64,000 nt of DNA from a bacterium. GTDB taxonomy: Bacteria; SM23-31. The notes below the pieces were generated by a model. That model had not been told where the DNA came from, searched no databases, and worked only from the letters and a program-made list of their open reading frames with translations. Where the stretch lies: assembly GCA_965249485.1 (NCBI GenBank), contig OZ252239.1, positions 3,552,001-3,616,000 on the forward strand. Direction: 5' to 3'. The translations under genes were made by a program, and so were the position numbers. Shown here piece by piece: positions 60,827-64,000 of the stretch (positions are counted from its first letter, which is position 1; every line of letters starts with the position of its first letter).

Positions 60827-62062
60827 ATGACATATCGTAGCAAATTTCAAGACAACCAGGATATTATTTCGAATAAATGGTCAATGTATTTTCATATCCC
60901 TTATTGTGAACACCGTTGCAATTATTGTGATTTTTTCACAACAGCATCTTCAGACACGGGAGTAATCAATAACTATCTTTCTTATCTATCTCGGGAATTG
61001 GATATTTTTTTAATGTCTTCTGTCGGACAGGATATAACAATAAAATCGATCTATTTTGGAGGTGGTACTCCTTCATATGTTCCCTCCGAGGCTATTACCG
61101 GAATCGTCAAGCAAATTGCTTCCTCGTGTAGTTTTGCCGATTCTGCTGAAATCACCGTAGAGATGAATCCGAAATCTGCTCTCCGTGAAAAGCTTGAAAT
61201 GTACAAAATGTCCGGGATCAACCGCATTTCACTTGGTGTCCAATCACTCCAATCTGGTGAACTTTCTTCACTCGAAAGAATTCACAGCGCCAATGAATGT
61301 TTTGAAACAGTAAAGGCAGCTCGTGATACTGGATTTAACAATATAAGTATCGATGTCATGTTCGGCATTCCCGGCCAGACAATGAACTCCTGGATGGATA
61401 CACTTGAGGGTATTCTTGAAATGGAGCCAGAACATATTTCATTCTACGCGTTGATGTTGGAACGGGATACTAAGATGACGAAACTGGTGGATCAGGGAAA
61501 AATAATTCTACCCGATGATGAAGTGACCGCAGAGAAATATTGCGCTGCAATTGAAAAATTGAACTCATACCACTATGATCATTATGAAGTATCTAGCTGT
61601 GCCCTTCCCGGTTATCAATCTCAACACAACTCCCGGTACTGGAGTTGTCATTCGTACAAAGGATTTGGTATGTCTGCCCATTCATTCCATCACCCCGAAC
61701 GATCATGGAACACCTGCAATTATACTGTCTATTTCGACAATATAGATAATGGTGTACTTCCTACATCCGGCTCTGAACAATTAACCGAATTGCAGCAGAT
61801 GAATGAAGAAATCATGCTCAGGCTGCGAATGAAAGAAGGGCTTAACCGAACTAAATTCCAAAAACGTTTCGGCACTCAAAACGCAGACACACTTTTTTAC
61901 GCTATCGAGCACCTTACAGATGATGCCTCTCTTGCCCGGTTTATGAAGTATAATTCCCATTCCACAAGTCTTACAACCGAAGGACTCTTTGTCTCCGATT
62001 CAATTATTTCACACCTTCTTTTTACCGAAAAAAGTATAATAATTGCAAAAAATGTCTCCTGA
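60827..62062 (+). CDS. hemW: Radical SAM heme chaperone HemW (HemN-like)
   Basis: YFHIPYCEHRCNYCDF, YFGGGTPS, NRISLGVQS, YEVS, HNSRYW. Confidence 0.9.
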   Translation: MTYRSKFQDNQDIISNKWSMYFHIPYCEHRCNYCDFFTTASSDTGVINNYLSYLSRELDIFLMSSVGQDITIKSIYFGGGTPSYVPSEAITGIVKQIASSCSFADSAEITVEMNPKSALREKLEMYKMSGINRISLGVQSLQSGELSSLERIHSANECFETVKAARDTGFNNISIDVMFGIPGQTMNSWMDTLEGILEMEPEHISFYALMLERDTKMTKLVDQGKIILPDDEVTAEKYCAAIEKLNSYHYDHYEVSSCALPGYQSQHNSRYWSCHSYKGFGMSAHSFHHPERSWNTCNYTVYFDNIDNGVLPTSGSEQLTELQQMNEEIMLRLRMKEGLNRTKFQKRFGTQNADTLFYAIEHLTDDASLARFMKYNSHSTSLTTEGLFVSDSIISHLLFTEKSIIIAKNVS

Positions 62063-62251
62063 TTCGAAAATATTTCTACTTTTTTCACCTCCGACATCTA
62101 TCAACAAGGACAACACAACTTGTAGTGTAACAATGATTTACATAAACTATATGAAGTGCTAATTAATGTTATCAATCTAACTTTTATTCCACTCAAAACA
62201 TCGCCCTCTTTAAGCCATTTCTACTTATTTATTAAAATACTGCTTTTTTTC

Positions 62252-62280
62252 TTGACAATTAAAAAAAAATAGGTTATTAT
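62252..62280 (+). promoter_or_regulatory. Sigma70 promoter of the dcw cluster
   Basis: TTGACA-N17-TATTAT. Confidence 0.75.
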
Positions 62281-62290
62281 TGCACAAGTT

Positions 62291-62320
62291 TTGGTTTAAA
62301 GTGGGTTAAAATGGGTTAAA
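62291..62320 (+). promoter_or_regulatory. MraZ-binding direct repeats
   Basis: TTGGTTTAAA GTGGGTTAAA ATGGGTTAAA: 10-bp-period TGGG repeats just after the promoter, as known for Pmra. Confidence 0.8.
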
Positions 62321-62334
62321 AAGGATCCTTGGTA

Positions 62335-62535
62335 ATGGCTGATAACACATATGATTGCGACCATTCCGAACTGGAATATATTGGTGAACAAGAGCTTTTA
62401 GGCGGTGAATCTATTTCCTTATGCAACTGTTTGAAATGTCGTTCAACGATTTCGTTGCGAAATTCAAATGTGGAACAACTTTCTGTAATCAATTTGCCGT
62501 CTTACTTGCATAGTGAGCGGTTGCATTTCAAGTAA
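62335..62535 (+). CDS. Small Cys-rich hypothetical protein heading the dcw cluster
   Basis: MADNTYDCDH...LCNCLKCRSTISL; AGGA RBS; between the MraZ boxes and mraZ. Confidence 0.6.
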   Translation: MADNTYDCDHSELEYIGEQELLGGESISLCNCLKCRSTISLRNSNVEQLSVINLPSYLHSERLHFK

Positions 62536-62565
62536 ATTACTTTATTAACATAACAGAATCAGACA

Positions 62566-63009
62566 ATGTCTTCATTCAAGGGCCAATTTCATTACACGTT
62601 AGACACCAAGGGGCGTCTGAATATTCCTGCGAAGTTTCGCAGGTCATTGGCTCCCGAGGCAAGCGAAACATTTGTGACTATACGTGGATTTGATCCTTGC
62701 CTTTTCCTCTATCCTCTGGATGAATGGAATAAGTTTGAAGAGAAACTCCGGCAGCTAACGGCAAACAAAAAGCACAACCGTCTTTTCATTCGAATGATTA
62801 CATCGAATGCTTCCGAGGATAGGTGTGACAAACAGGGACGAATTATTATTCCTTCCGAATTATTGAAAGTTGCTCAAATCGAACGTGACGTTTTGATTCT
62901 TGGCGTTCTTGACAGGATTGAAGTGTGGAATCCACAGATATACCAGGAAACACTCGATGCATCCGGTGAGAATTACGAAGACATTGCTGAAAATATTATT
63001 TTTAATTAA
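62566..63009 (+). CDS. mraZ: Division/cell wall cluster transcriptional repressor MraZ
   Basis: DTKGRLNIPAKFR and DKQGRIIIP (two DxxGR motifs), DRIEVW. Confidence 0.97.
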   Translation: MSSFKGQFHYTLDTKGRLNIPAKFRRSLAPEASETFVTIRGFDPCLFLYPLDEWNKFEEKLRQLTANKKHNRLFIRMITSNASEDRCDKQGRIIIPSELLKVAQIERDVLILGVLDRIEVWNPQIYQETLDASGENYEDIAENIIFN

Positions 63010-63269
63010 GTGTGATAATCCCGGATTTGGATTCACGATTAATCACGAAAGTTTTACGGCCCTGTAACAGATGTTTTTATAAGCGAAAAACTATCTTTGC
63101 CATTTTCTCGAGACCAGTATTGATGTAATGGTTCTGATGTTTTCACTACAAATTTTTCCTGCGAAAGCACAGTACCCGTTGTTGCCAGATTGATATTGTC
63201 GACCCGCATCTTTGTATGCGGGTCGGCAGCATCACATCAACCACTTTAGTGTATTGATTTGCGGTATCT

Positions 63270-64000
63270 ATGAACTCTGAGGCAATTGAGCATATACCTG
63301 TACTGGTGAACGAAATAATGGCAATGCTTATAACCGACAAGAACGGTATTTATTTAGACGGAACACTCGGTGACGGAGGATATTCGCGTGTTCTGCTGGA
63401 AAAGCTCGACAGCAGCGGCCGTGTCATTGCAACCGATTGGGATGACAGCTCAGTTCGGTTTGCCGACCAGTGGAAAAACGAATATGGGGATCGACTGGAT
63501 GTGCATCGCGCCAATTTTTCAGACATGCCACGAATATTAGAGAGTGCTGCAATTTCTGCAGTGCAGGGAATTGTGCTCGATCTCGGATTGTCATCTCGCC
63601 AGCTCGACGCTCCCGAAAGAGGTTTCAGCTACCGTTTTGACGGCCCGCTAACAATGAATATGGATAGTAATGCCGGAAATACAGCTTTCGATCTCATCAA
63701 TACAGCGTCATGGGATGAATTGAAGAAGATTTTTTTGAAATTCGGAGAAGAGCGACGCTCGGGCGCGCTTGCTACAATCATAACACGTGAGAGAGAAAAA
63801 AAAGCGATTTCGACAACGTTTGAGCTTGTTGGAATTATGCAAAAATACTGGCGACCCCGACATTTTACAAAATCTGCATCTCGGATTTTTCAGGCATTAC
63901 GCATTGCAGTCAACCATGAGTTGGAGAGTCTCGAAATGTTTTTGGAGTCCTGCTGGAAATTTCTTGTTCAAGGCGGCAGGATTGCGGTCGTTAGTTATCA
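63270..64000 (+). CDS. rsmH: 16S rRNA m4C1402 methyltransferase RsmH, runs off the window edge
   Basis: Not in the ORF track. Manual translation: MNSEAIEHIPVL...YLDGTLGDGGYS...DLGLSSRQLD..ERGFSY..DGPL...FGEE...IFQALRIAVN.EL. Confidence 0.95.
   Translation, partial: MNSEAIEHIPVLVNEIMAMLITDKNGIYLDGTLGDGGYSRVLLEKLDSSGRVIATDWDDSSVRFADQWKNEYGDRLDVHRANFSDMPRILESAAISAVQGIVLDLGLSSRQLDAPERGFSYRFDGPLTMNMDSNAGNTAFDLINTASWDELKKIFLKFGEERRSGALATIITREREKKAISTTFELVGIMQKYWRPRHFTKSASRIFQALRIAVNHELESLEMFLESCWKFLVQGGRIAVVSY

Noticed and set aside
258..63340. Many short ORF-track entries antisense to or nested in long genes (e.g. 9379-10005, 10766-11353, 19260-19622, 50870-51256, 63146-63340)
   Set aside because: Shadow ORFs of well-supported genes, with no recognisable motifs or RBS.

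Overview
AT-rich bacterial chromosome segment. Gene content (GWxTD protein, DUF4159/MoxR/DUF58 cluster, BNR protein, 'MGQQQLLL' pilin) suggests an FCB-group lineage such as KSB1, Ignavibacteria or Calditrichia; this is inference. In order: a TPR-zinc peptidase/DUF4159/MoxR/DUF58 operon; an 11-kb type IV pilus operon; an AlkZ-like glycosylase, STAS protein, FMN reductase, candidate sRNA, SDR and ispH; a Lol-like ABC export cluster; a Spy-like/ECF sigma/anti-sigma/RseB module; an amidohydrolase; a three-gene deoxynucleotide operon; housekeeping genes (aminotransferase, gcvT, comB, ftsK, lolA, ispE, Crp, ROK kinase, amidase, hemW); and the start of the dcw cluster (small Cys-rich ORF, mraZ, rsmH). 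The two best candidates for undescribed biology are (1) the pilus operon, with a sigma54 promoter, non-canonical almost leaderless pilins, apparent PilM-N and PilO-P fusions and no prepilin peptidase in the locus, and (2) the deoxynucleotide operon, encoding a kinase-NDT fusion, a phage-type dNMP kinase and a dCMP deaminase. About nine genes are disrupted by single-base indels, an in-frame stop or short deletions, which may be consensus errors rather than real pseudogenes. No rRNA, tRNA, CRISPR or transposase was recognised. All assignments come from reading motifs by eye; no searches were run.
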